IMG/VR virus record: IMGVR_UViG_3300012979_000036
Span: 1 to 64,000 of that record
Origin: a virus
Taxonomy: Duplodnaviria; Caudoviricetes
Strand: one strand, 5' to 3'
Length of the DNA stretch: 64,000 nucleotides
Part shown: positions 19,365 through 28,783 of the stretch, one piece after another
Layout: the number at the start of each line of letters is the position of its first letter
How positions within the stretch are numbered: the first letter of the stretch is position 1
Program-made: the position numbers and the translations under genes
The notes under the pieces: model-generated
Seen by the model: only the letters and a program-made list of their open reading frames with translations
Databases searched by the model: none
Told to the model about the DNA's origin: nothing

Positions 19365-19836
19365 TTATATAGGTTTTAGAGAGATACCTGATGAAATAAC
19401 TCTTTGTATTAATATTAGTAATTGTCCTAATAATTGTATTGGTTGTCATAGTCCTCATTTAAGAAAAGATGTTGGAAAAGTATTAGATGCGGCATCTTTA
19501 GAAGAAATGATTAAAAACAATGACGGAATTACTTGTGTTTGTTTTATGGGTGGAGATAATAGTCCTTCTACTATTAACTGGTTAGCTTATTTAGTTAAAC
19601 ACGATTATAATTTAAAATCTGCTTGGTATAGTGGTAAACAAGACATAAGTCGTAGTATAGATGTATCTTTTTTTGATTATATTAAAGTAGGTCCTTATAT
19701 AGAAGAAAAGGGACCTTTAGATAATCCTAATACTAATCAGGTTTTATATAAAATAGAATGGTTAAATGACAGAGATTCTACAATAGGACAATCTAAATTT
19801 AATTTAGAAAATATAACTTATAAATTTTGGAAATGA
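19345..19836 (+). CDS. nrdG: Anaerobic RNR activase (radical SAM)
   Basis: CPNNCIGC CxxxCxxC motif, FMGGD and KVGPY; adjacent to nrdD. Confidence 0.93.
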   Translation: MLKYHSNYIGFREIPDEITLCINISNCPNNCIGCHSPHLRKDVGKVLDAASLEEMIKNNDGITCVCFMGGDNSPSTINWLAYLVKHDYNLKSAWYSGKQDISRSIDVSFFDYIKVGPYIEEKGPLDNPNTNQVLYKIEWLNDRDSTIGQSKFNLENITYKFWK

Positions 19837-20093
19837 TCAAAGTATTTTCAACACAATATTTAGCAGAAAATCCTGAGAATAAAAATGAATTGTTTGTAAT
19901 TACAGTTAAAGATACATTCTTTTTAGGAATGAGAATTAGACATGAAGAACACTGTAATTATGATTTAGCTTTAATTGATAGGTTTAAACCTCAACTTAAT
20001 CCCCCTAAAGCTAAAAAGATAGGATTTAAAACAAATGCTAATACTAAAAAGAAGAAAAAGAATGAAAATAAAAGTAAAATATCACAATCCTAA
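19827..20093 (+). CDS. Hypothetical protein with a basic C-terminus
   Basis: 88-aa ORF tiling the operon. Confidence 0.55.
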   Translation: MEMIKVFSTQYLAENPENKNELFVITVKDTFFLGMRIRHEEHCNYDLALIDRFKPQLNPPKAKKIGFKTNANTKKKKKNENKSKISQS

Positions 20094-20559
20094 CTGTAAG
20101 TTTAATTTTATAGATAAAGGAGAGTGGGTAGATTTAAGAGCATCAAGAACTATTGAATTCAATGCTCCTAAATTTGATGAATATAATGGAGAATGTAAGT
20201 TTGATTATAAACTTATTCCATTAGGATTTGCTATGCAATTACCAAAAGAGTTTGAAGCAGTAGTACTTCCTAGAAGTAGTACTTTTAAAAGTTGGGGAAT
20301 ATTACTTGTTAATTCTCAAGGTGTAATTGATAGTAGTTTTTCTGGTCCAAATGATATATGGCATTTTCCTGCTATTTCAACTAGAAACAGTGTAATTTTA
20401 GAAGGTGAAAGGATATGTCAATTTAGAATTCAGCCTAGTCAAAAGGCATCAATTTGGACTAAAATTAAATGGCTTTTTACAAATAAAATCGAGTTTGTAG
20501 AGGTAGAAGATTTGCATAATGCAAATAGAGGTGGATTTGGAACAACTAAAAATAATTAA
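20062..20559 (+). CDS. dut: Trimeric dUTPase (start likely 20062)
   Basis: DLRA, PRSS, GVIDSSFSG, QFRI and RGGFGTT motifs. Confidence 0.93.
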   Translation: MKIKVKYHNPNCKFNFIDKGEWVDLRASRTIEFNAPKFDEYNGECKFDYKLIPLGFAMQLPKEFEAVVLPRSSTFKSWGILLVNSQGVIDSSFSGPNDIWHFPAISTRNSVILEGERICQFRIQPSQKASIWTKIKWLFTNKIEFVEVEDLHNANRGGFGTTKNN

Positions 20560-21045
20560 ATGATTTATATTTGTTTATTCATTACATGTGCTGCTATTAT
20601 TGCTATAGCAGCACTTATTAGAAAGTATTCAAAGAGATATAAGAGTGCTATCTCTTTTAGAGAATCTCTTGATTTGACAGGACTTCCTGTTATAACATTT
20701 AGTCAAGGTAAAAATAGATTTAATTTCTTGTTAGATACTGGTGCAACTAATTCTGTTATTAATGAAGCACAATTGACTAATATTAAACATAGTGTTATAG
20801 AAGGTGCTACATGCGAAGTATATGGTATTGAAGGTAATACTCAAACAGTTCCTTTTGTAGAAATTAATTTTAGTAGAGATATTAATTATAAAGGATGTTT
20901 TCAAGTAGTTGATATGGCTGTTGCTTTTGATAGTGTTAAAGCAGAAACAGGTGTTACTATTGTAGGAATTCTTGGTAATGATTTCTTTCAGAATTATAAA
21001 TATGTATTAGATTATAATACTATGATAGCATATTCAAAGCTATGA
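20560..21045 (+). CDS. Retropepsin-like aspartyl protease with an N-terminal hydrophobic anchor
   Basis: FLLDTGAT catalytic motif, GILGNDFF, hydrophobic residues 2-19. Confidence 0.88.
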   Translation: MIYICLFITCAAIIAIAALIRKYSKRYKSAISFRESLDLTGLPVITFSQGKNRFNFLLDTGATNSVINEAQLTNIKHSVIEGATCEVYGIEGNTQTVPFVEINFSRDINYKGCFQVVDMAVAFDSVKAETGVTIVGILGNDFFQNYKYVLDYNTMIAYSKL

Positions 21046-23084
21046 TTTATTTAGTAACTGGTAATTTACAATTATTTGAATCGCATGAATATAGTTTAAT
21101 TTCTTTAGAAGAATCTCTAAATAAATTATCAACTTGGAAAATGTTTCAATTTGATAGTGAAACAACTGGTAGAAATCCTCACATAAATGATTTTTTATGT
21201 ATACAATTTGGTAATATTGAAGGTACAGAACAAATAGTAGTAGATACTACGACTGTGAATGTGCTTAATTATAAAGATTATATAGAATCTAATTTTATGA
21301 TTGGTCAAAATCTTAAATTTGATATTCAATTTCTTTATAAATATAGCATTATACCAAGAAAAGTATATGACACTATGATAGTAGAACAACTATTATATAT
21401 GGGTTATCCTGCAGGTATAATATCATACTCTTTAAAAGCAATTGCTGATAGGTACTTAGGAATTGATATTGATAAATCAGTTAGAGGTGAAATTATTTGG
21501 AGAGGATTAGATACTAGTGTTATTAAATATGCTGCTGGAGATGTTCAATTTCTTGGAAATATAATGAAATTACAACTTAAAGAATGTGATAAAAAAAATT
21601 GTAAAATAGGAGCTAAATTAGAATGTGATTTTGTACCTGTAATAGCATATCTTGAATGGTGTGGAATAAAACTTGATAAAAATAAATGGAGAGCTAAAAT
21701 GATGAATGATAATATTAAATTACAAAACGCTCTTAATAATCTTAATAATTATTGTATAAATCATCCTAAATTACAAAAATGGGTTTATGTTGATTTACAA
21801 GGAGATTTATTTTCAGGTTTTAATACAGATCCTCAATGGAAAATAGATTGGCAAAAAGATGAAGCAAAAGAAGTATTTAAAACTTTAGGATTTAAACTAG
21901 ATACAATAAGTAAAACAACTAAAAAAGAAACAGAATCAGTTACAGAAAAATTATTATCTGTTCAAAAAGGAATAGATGATGTATTTTTAAAACTTTATTT
22001 TGATTATCAAGGATATTATAAAGTAACTACTTCATTTGGTCAAGGTCATTTAAATCTTATTAATCCTATTACTGGTAGAATTCATACTAATTATTGGCAA
22101 ATTGGAACCGCTTCTGGTAGAATGTCTAGTGGAAGTGGCGAGGATTCAGATATAGCAAAATTAAAAAAGTTACCTTCTAGTAAAGTTAAAATGGTAAATA
22201 TGCAACAATTACCACATGATGCTGAAACTAGAAGCTGTTTTGTTGCAGAAGAAGGTAATTTATTTTGTTCTTGTGACTATGCAGCAATGGAAGCTAGAAT
22301 AGGAGCAGAAGTATACAATGAAAAAACACTATTAGATGAGTTTCTTTACGGCTCTGGAGATACTCATGCTGCTTATGCTAAAGTAGTATTTGCAGATGAG
22401 CTTAAAGATGTAGCAGTAAAAGATATTAAAAAAGTAAGACCCGATTTAAGAAATAAAGTTAAATCTGTAGAATTTGCTGTTCAATTTGGATCAGATGGTA
22501 CAGCTGTTGCTCCTCAATTAGGTATTCCAGTAGAAGAAGCTAGACAGTTAGTTAATAATCTTCTTAAAGGAATGACAGGATTAGCTAATTTTAAAAGAAT
22601 AGGTAGTCAAAATGTTAGAAAATTAGGTTATGTAGAAGCCCATCCTTTAACAGGGCATAAATGCTATTGGTGGGATCATCAAAAATGGCTAGAAAGACAA
22701 GCATCATTTACATCAGAATTTTGGGATAATTATAAATTATATCATAAAGGAACAGATAGTGCTATAGCTAAAGAAGTTAAAGAACATTTTCAAGCTGCTT
22801 CTAAATGGGATAGAATGGCATTAAATATTCCAACACAAGGCGGAGGCGCTATTGTATTGAAAGAAGCTTCTATAAGACTGTTTAATTGGATAATTGACAA
22901 TAACTATTTTAATAAAATACTATTAGTAAATTTAACTCATGATGAAATTAATTCAGAATTCCCTAAAGAAGTAACAGAATGGCCTTCTATTGTGGCTAAA
23001 ACAATGCAAAATGCTGCTGCTAAATATTACTATAAATTACCTATTCCAGCAGAAGCAGAAGTATCAACTTGTTGGGTACATTAA
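21042..23084 (+). CDS. polA: Family A DNA polymerase with 3'-5' exonuclease
   Basis: Exo motifs FDSETTG, NLKFD, YAAGD; polymerase motifs A (DYAAMEAR), B (RNKVKSVEFAVQFG) and C (THDEI). Confidence 0.95.
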   Translation: MIYLVTGNLQLFESHEYSLISLEESLNKLSTWKMFQFDSETTGRNPHINDFLCIQFGNIEGTEQIVVDTTTVNVLNYKDYIESNFMIGQNLKFDIQFLYKYSIIPRKVYDTMIVEQLLYMGYPAGIISYSLKAIADRYLGIDIDKSVRGEIIWRGLDTSVIKYAAGDVQFLGNIMKLQLKECDKKNCKIGAKLECDFVPVIAYLEWCGIKLDKNKWRAKMMNDNIKLQNALNNLNNYCINHPKLQKWVYVDLQGDLFSGFNTDPQWKIDWQKDEAKEVFKTLGFKLDTISKTTKKETESVTEKLLSVQKGIDDVFLKLYFDYQGYYKVTTSFGQGHLNLINPITGRIHTNYWQIGTASGRMSSGSGEDSDIAKLKKLPSSKVKMVNMQQLPHDAETRSCFVAEEGNLFCSCDYAAMEARIGAEVYNEKTLLDEFLYGSGDTHAAYAKVVFADELKDVAVKDIKKVRPDLRNKVKSVEFAVQFGSDGTAVAPQLGIPVEEARQLVNNLLKGMTGLANFKRIGSQNVRKLGYVEAHPLTGHKCYWWDHQKWLERQASFTSEFWDNYKLYHKGTDSAIAKEVKEHFQAASKWDRMALNIPTQGGGAIVLKEASIRLFNWIIDNNYFNKILLVNLTHDEINSEFPKEVTEWPSIVAKTMQNAAAKYYYKLPIPAEAEVSTCWVH

Positions 23085-23095
23085 AAATTAACAAT

Positions 23096-23326
23096 ATGAA
23101 AGAAAAAGAAATGGTAAATCATCCACAGCATTATGCTGTAAATGGTATGGAATGTATTGATGCAATGCTACAATTGTATGGTAAAGATGCTGTATTAAAC
23201 TTTTGTATGCTTAACTCATTTAAATACCAATGGAGATGTAATAGAAAAGATAATTGCAAAGAAGATTTAGCTAAAGCTAGATGGTATCTTAATAAATATT
23301 TAGAACTACTTGAACAAGATGAATAA
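23096..23326 (+). CDS. DUF3310 / T7 gp1.7-like putative nucleotide kinase (start likely 23096)
   Basis: VNHPQHY, ECIDAM, KYQWR and EDLAKARWYL motifs. Confidence 0.85.
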   Translation: MKEKEMVNHPQHYAVNGMECIDAMLQLYGKDAVLNFCMLNSFKYQWRCNRKDNCKEDLAKARWYLNKYLELLEQDE

Positions 23327-24866
23327 AGTTTTATTTAATAAAGAAGCGTTTGATATATTAAAAGAAGGAGTCGATACATTATGTAATGCTGTTAAAGTTA
23401 CTTTAGGTCCAAATGGTAAAAATGTTTTAATATTTAATAACTATGGTGATGCCCATCTTACTAAAGATGGCATCACTGTAGCCAATAATGTTAAATCTGA
23501 TGATCCTATTATTAATGGTATTATTAATGTTGTAAGAGAGGCTTCTGCTAATAATGCTAAATCTGTAGGAGACGGAACAACTACTACTTTAGTATTAACT
23601 CAAGCTATATTTAATGACGGTCTCAATCTTCTTGAAGAAGGAGTTAATCCTACTCTATTAAAAGAAGGAATGGATGAGGCTTTAAAAGATATTATTATTG
23701 AAATAGAAAAATCTTCTGAAAAAATTAACATTGATGACAGAGAGAGACTTAAACAAATTGCTTATATATCAGCTAACAATAAACATGATGTGGCTGATAC
23801 AGCAGTTGAAGCTGTGTCAATTGCAGGCGAATCGGGTGTTATTAGAATTGAAGATTCGAGAACTTCAGATACAACTGTTAAAGCTACAAATGGATTAACA
23901 TTTGATAGAGGTTATTTATCACCATATTTTGCTAATGGAAATACGACAATTACTTATGAAAATCCTATTATTTTTGTATCGAATATAGAACTTACTAATA
24001 ATACATTAGTAACTCTTATGAAAGATGCAAAAGCTGAAAATAAACCTCTTATTATTATAGCTCCTGATTTTAATGAGAATATATTTACAACAATGTATAA
24101 AAATCATATCGCTGGAGCTGTACAAATTTGTCCTATTAAATGTCCAGGATTTGCAGGTAATAGAGAACAATGGTTAGAGGATATTTGTATTTATTCAGAA
24201 GCAACTCTGTATAAAAATAATAATGTATCTCCTATTAATAATATTGGTAATGTAGATAAAATTATTATTAGTAAAAACGAAACTTCTTTGATTCATAGTG
24301 ATATGAGAAAAGGAGTATTTGAGCATCTTCGTTTGTTAGATAAACAGTTAGATGATGCTACAGAGCAATATGAAATTGATAATATCAGAGAAAGAAGAAG
24401 TAGATTAGCAGGTAATGTTGTAACTATTTATGTAGGAGCAACTACAGAGTTAGAACTTAAAGAAAAGAAAGACAGAATTGAAGATGCAGTATGTGCATTA
24501 CAAACTGCTCTTAAAGGTGGTATTTCTGAAGGTGGTGGTATGACTTTTGCTAAAATAGGATTAAATTTAAATTGTTCAGAAGAAAACGAAGATGATTTTA
24601 TAGATGGGTATAATCTTATTAAAAATATTTTATTAAAACCATTTGAACAATTATGCGTTAACTCTGATAATAATTATTCTGTACTATCAGCAGCTTTATA
24701 TGCAGCAGAAAATAAAGGCTTTAATTTTAAAACTCAACAATGGGAAAACTTTAAAGAAACTGGTGTAATTGATCCTACTTTAGTTTTAAAGAATGCTATT
24801 ACTAATGCTATAGGCATTGCTTCAAACTTATTAACTACTAATTGTATAACTTATAAAGAATCATGA
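23310..24866 (+). CDS. groEL: Phage-encoded group I chaperonin (GroEL-like)
   Basis: TLGPNGKNV, TKDGITVA, GDGTTT, FDRGY, KDRIEDA, EGGG and GVIDP motifs; no GGM tail. Confidence 0.95.
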   Translation: MNKMNKVLFNKEAFDILKEGVDTLCNAVKVTLGPNGKNVLIFNNYGDAHLTKDGITVANNVKSDDPIINGIINVVREASANNAKSVGDGTTTTLVLTQAIFNDGLNLLEEGVNPTLLKEGMDEALKDIIIEIEKSSEKINIDDRERLKQIAYISANNKHDVADTAVEAVSIAGESGVIRIEDSRTSDTTVKATNGLTFDRGYLSPYFANGNTTITYENPIIFVSNIELTNNTLVTLMKDAKAENKPLIIIAPDFNENIFTTMYKNHIAGAVQICPIKCPGFAGNREQWLEDICIYSEATLYKNNNVSPINNIGNVDKIIISKNETSLIHSDMRKGVFEHLRLLDKQLDDATEQYEIDNIRERRSRLAGNVVTIYVGATTELELKEKKDRIEDAVCALQTALKGGISEGGGMTFAKIGLNLNCSEENEDDFIDGYNLIKNILLKPFEQLCVNSDNNYSVLSAALYAAENKGFNFKTQQWENFKETGVIDPTLVLKNAITNAIGIASNLLTTNCITYKES

Positions 24867-25954
24867 ATCAACTATTTAGTTTAGATGATATTGTATTAAT
24901 TCCTGCGGTATTTAGTCATATAAAATCTAGGCAACAGTGCTCTCCTTATATAAGAGAGCACTCGTTGTTGCCAGGAACTAATGCTAAACTACCATTATTT
25001 ACAGCTCCTATGAGTTGTGTAATTGATGAAAATAATTATCAAGAATTTAATAAATGGGGAATTAACACTGTTATTCCTAGAAATATTGATATTACTACAA
25101 GATTGAATATGGCTAAAGATACTTTTGTGGCATTAGGGTTAGAAGAATTTAAACTTTTAATTGAAAGAGAATCTTTACCTTATAAAATGTATATTCTCAT
25201 AGATGTTGCTAATGGTCATATGTATCAACTATATGAATTAGCTAGATATGCTAAAGAAAAATACAAAGATAATCTTGTATTAATGGTTGGTAATATTGCT
25301 AATCCTGTAACTTATTTAGAATATTCTAAAATAGGAGTTGATTTTGTCAGAGTAGGTATAGGTACTTCTCCTGTATGTACTACTTCAGCAAATTCAGGAA
25401 TACATTATCCTATGGGAAGTCTTTTAGAAAGTATTGGAATAATCAAAGATGAAAATAAAAGACTTTTTAATAAACAAGGATGGAAATTTGCTAATATTGT
25501 AGCAGATGGTGGTTTTAGTAATTTTGATCAAATCAATAAAGCTTTAGCATTAGGAGCTGATTTTGTAATGCTTGGTAAAATATTTGCTAAAACACAAGAG
25601 GCTTGTGGTAGAATGATGTCTGAAGTATACCCTCATAATTTAGATGTTCCTTTTACTGAGTTTATAAAAGATAAAGATATTAATACTGTTAAGTACTATA
25701 AAAGTTTTAGACATTATTATGGAATGTCTACTAAAAAAGCACAAAAAGAATTTGGTAAAGAAGGTAATAAAACTGCAGAAGGAATAGCTATTAAAATACC
25801 TGTAGAATATACTATTGCAGGATGGGTAGATAATTTTAAGCATTATCTTCAAAGTGCTATGAGTTATACTGGACATATAACATTAGATAGTTTTAAAAAT
25901 AAAGTAGAATATGCGTTAATTACTCCTAACGCAAGAATAGCTTATTTTAAATAG
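24863..25954 (+). CDS. guaC: GMP reductase (IMPDH/GMPR family)
   Basis: TAPM, IDVANGH, VGNIA, catalytic loop GIGTSPVCTT, ADGG, LGADFVMLG, YYGMST and TAEG. ANGH and YGMS-AEG look more GuaC-like than IMPDH-like. Confidence 0.8.
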   Translation: MNQLFSLDDIVLIPAVFSHIKSRQQCSPYIREHSLLPGTNAKLPLFTAPMSCVIDENNYQEFNKWGINTVIPRNIDITTRLNMAKDTFVALGLEEFKLLIERESLPYKMYILIDVANGHMYQLYELARYAKEKYKDNLVLMVGNIANPVTYLEYSKIGVDFVRVGIGTSPVCTTSANSGIHYPMGSLLESIGIIKDENKRLFNKQGWKFANIVADGGFSNFDQINKALALGADFVMLGKIFAKTQEACGRMMSEVYPHNLDVPFTEFIKDKDINTVKYYKSFRHYYGMSTKKAQKEFGKEGNKTAEGIAIKIPVEYTIAGWVDNFKHYLQSAMSYTGHITLDSFKNKVEYALITPNARIAYFK

Positions 25955-25955
25955 C

Positions 25956-26564
25956 ATGTTAAAGATTAATATTACTTTGAAAGACAATCAAAAATTATAC
26001 TTCACATCAGATTTACATTTAGGTCATAGAAATGTTATTAGATTTTGTGATAGACCATATGAAAATGAAAAACAAATGAATCAATGTCTTATTGATAATT
26101 GGAATAGTACAATTACTAATAATGATATTGTGTTTATTTTAGGAGATTTGGTATGGTTTAATGATAGTCATGCTATTAAACGATTATTTGAAAGACTAAA
26201 TGGTCAAGAGATATATGTGATTCCTGGCAATCATGATCAAATGAAATCTTATCATAGAGTTGATGATCCTAGGATAAAACTGGTTAATGATATATGTACT
26301 CTTTATATTAGTACTGAAAATAATAGATATACTAAAAATATTATTGAAATAGTATGTTGTCATTATCCTCTTATGACTTGGGCACATAGAGAATTAGGTG
26401 CTATAAATCTATTTGGACATATTCATTCTGGGTGGTTAAGACCTGTTGATGGTGTAGATCAAAATCTTCCTTTATGGAAAGGTTTACAATATGATGTAGG
26501 AGTAGATAATAATAACTACCATCCTATTAGTTTGGACGATATTTTAACAGAATTAAACAAATGA
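25956..26564 (+). CDS. Calcineurin-like metallophosphoesterase
   Basis: SDLHLGH, LGD, GNHD, HYP and GHIH motifs. Confidence 0.9.
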   Translation: MLKINITLKDNQKLYFTSDLHLGHRNVIRFCDRPYENEKQMNQCLIDNWNSTITNNDIVFILGDLVWFNDSHAIKRLFERLNGQEIYVIPGNHDQMKSYHRVDDPRIKLVNDICTLYISTENNRYTKNIIEIVCCHYPLMTWAHRELGAINLFGHIHSGWLRPVDGVDQNLPLWKGLQYDVGVDNNNYHPISLDDILTELNK

Positions 26565-27280
26565 AAATATTAGTTTTAGGAGATATACACGGTATGGGTT
26601 GTTGGAAACCTATCATTGAAAAAGAAAATCCTGATTTAACTATATTTTTAGGGGATTATGTTAGTACTCACGGTTTAATAACAGAGAAACAACAAATTGA
26701 TAACCTTGAAAGAATATTACAGTATAAAGAAGAAAATCCTGATACTGTAATTCTTTTAAGAGGTAATCATGACTTAGCCTCTTTATACTATTGGGCAGAA
26801 TGTTATCCTATAAATGGAGAAAGAGTTGATGAGTATATGAGAAATAATGAAGAAAGGTTTCTTAATAACACTCAATGGGTTTATCTTTATAATAATATAT
26901 GTTTTTCTCATGCTGGTGTATCTTCTATATGGATGAAAAACAATAAAATTAAATCTTTAGAAGATATTAATACACTAGAACCGTCAGAGATATTTGCTTT
27001 TACAGGTAAAATGAGTGATTTTACAGGAGTATCTTCTACACAACCTCCTACATGGATTAGACCTCATACTCTTGTAGATTGTGGTTATAAAGGAGTAATT
27101 CATGTTGTGGGTCATACTAATATAGGAAATCTTACTAACTATAAAGATATTTATACTAAAAGTGGTTTATATTCTCAACAAGAGTTAGATCATTTTGTTG
27201 ATGTATGGTGTTGCGATAGACTTCCTATGGAGTATCTTATTATTGAAAATGATAAATTTATAATTAAGAAAAATGGATAA
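26561..27280 (+). CDS. Calcineurin-like metallophosphoesterase
   Basis: GDIHG, GDYV, RGNHD, SHAG and GHT motifs. Confidence 0.9.
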   Translation: MKILVLGDIHGMGCWKPIIEKENPDLTIFLGDYVSTHGLITEKQQIDNLERILQYKEENPDTVILLRGNHDLASLYYWAECYPINGERVDEYMRNNEERFLNNTQWVYLYNNICFSHAGVSSIWMKNNKIKSLEDINTLEPSEIFAFTGKMSDFTGVSSTQPPTWIRPHTLVDCGYKGVIHVVGHTNIGNLTNYKDIYTKSGLYSQQELDHFVDVWCCDRLPMEYLIIENDKFIIKKNG

Positions 27281-27449
27281 ACAAGATATAATGTGTGAAA
27301 CTTATAATAAAATAGCTAATGCTATATGGACTTATAAGTGTGCACGAAATCAAAATTTAGGTCTTAGAGATCCTAAAGTAGAAAAGAAACTTGATGCTGC
27401 TGTAGTAGCATTAGGAAAACAATTAGATAAAGTACTTAAAATTAAGTAA
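27273..27449 (+). CDS. Small hypothetical protein (58 aa), not in ORF track
   Basis: MDKQDIMCETYNKIANAIW...KVLKIK*; fills the gap exactly, with the stop 2 nt before the next ATG. Confidence 0.6.
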   Translation: MDKQDIMCETYNKIANAIWTYKCARNQNLGLRDPKVEKKLDAAVVALGKQLDKVLKIK

Positions 27450-27451
27450 TT

Positions 27452-27835
27452 ATGGGACTTGATAATGGTATAATACTATATTGTTCTGATGAAGATTATC
27501 TTAAATTTCCATATCACGATCATAGAGATTTAGGACGAGAATATAAACATGTAGCATATTGGCGTAAATGTTGGAATATTAGAAGAGATATTATAAACAA
27601 TCTTCATTATAAAGATGGAGATGTTTCTAATGTTGATTTAGAAGATGTTTCTACATTAATAAGATTACTTAAGCCTTATTTGAATGAAAATTATTGGAAT
27701 GAAAACGATGATTCAATTTGGGATTATGATGATATGTTTGATAAAACATATGAAATACTTATTAATTTAGAGTATCTTAAGAAGTATTTAAAAGATAATC
27801 CTAGTGTTAAATGTGAATTTTACGATAGTTACTAA
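27452..27835 (+). CDS. Hypothetical phage protein
   Basis: 127 aa, MGLD...VAYWRK pattern. Confidence 0.75.
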   Translation: MGLDNGIILYCSDEDYLKFPYHDHRDLGREYKHVAYWRKCWNIRRDIINNLHYKDGDVSNVDLEDVSTLIRLLKPYLNENYWNENDDSIWDYDDMFDKTYEILINLEYLKKYLKDNPSVKCEFYDSY

Positions 27836-28782
27836 TGAAATTAATTGAAAGTTCTTATGAAATAATTCCTCAAGATGTAGGTCTTGAGGGAGTACTTAAA
27901 CAAATAGAAATAGCAGCTCGTAATTGTTATAAAAGTGAGGCTTTTATTAAAGAAGGTTCTGCTGAAAAAATGGTTAATGCTCTTATTAAAAGAGGACATG
28001 GTAGCCCACTTGAACATGGTACTGTTTATTTGCATTTTAAATATAACTCTCCCGTTAATGATATTAATTATTTAGAATATACAAAAATAGAGAGATTTTA
28101 TAGAAACAATCCTTATTCTAAAGTTGTTAATAGGACAGAAGATCATTTTAATCACGATATTTATATAACTTCTAATTATAGAGTGTTAATAGAACACAAT
28201 AGATTAAGTGATTTAAAATATATATGTGAGCCAACAGAATACCATAAGAAAAGATATACTGTTAGATTTGTATGTTCTAGAAGTGTATCTCATGAAATAG
28301 TGAGACATAGATCCATGAGTTTTTGCCAAGAATCCCAACGTTATGTTAATTACTCTCTTGACAAATTTGGTAATGAAATAACTTATATACTACCAAAATG
28401 GGCTATTGATAGAACAAATGATACAGCAGAAACATATGATCCATTAACTGGTTTTAGAAGAGATTATCTAATGGATATGCCTATTTTAGAAGCTGTAACT
28501 AAACATATGGTTTGTGAAGATAGAGCTATTTCTAATTGGATAGATTCTTTGAAAAAAGCAGAATCAGATTATTTCTATTTATTATGTGATGAATGCGGTT
28601 TAAAACCAGAAGAAGCTAGAGGAGTACTTCCTAATGATTGTAAAACAGATATTATAGTAACAGGTTTTGCAAGTGATTGGGTACATTTCTTTAAACTTAG
28701 AACTGCTAATGGAGCACATCCTGATATGAGAAATCTTGCTTGTCCATTAGAAGCAGAATTTAAACTTAAAGGGTTTATTTAA
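27835..28782 (+). CDS. thyX: Flavin-dependent thymidylate synthase
   Basis: GHGSPLEH, RSVSHEIVRHR, FCQESQRY, EEARGVLP, FFKLR and AHPDMR motifs. Confidence 0.95.
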   Translation: MKLIESSYEIIPQDVGLEGVLKQIEIAARNCYKSEAFIKEGSAEKMVNALIKRGHGSPLEHGTVYLHFKYNSPVNDINYLEYTKIERFYRNNPYSKVVNRTEDHFNHDIYITSNYRVLIEHNRLSDLKYICEPTEYHKKRYTVRFVCSRSVSHEIVRHRSMSFCQESQRYVNYSLDKFGNEITYILPKWAIDRTNDTAETYDPLTGFRRDYLMDMPILEAVTKHMVCEDRAISNWIDSLKKAESDYFYLLCDECGLKPEEARGVLPNDCKTDIIVTGFASDWVHFFKLRTANGAHPDMRNLACPLEAEFKLKGFI

Positions 28783-28783
28783 T

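Noticed and set aside
17000-23084. Inteins in NrdD, PolA or DnaB
   Set aside because: Protein lengths are ordinary, motifs are contiguous, and no C/S...HN-C/S/T intein boundaries were seen.
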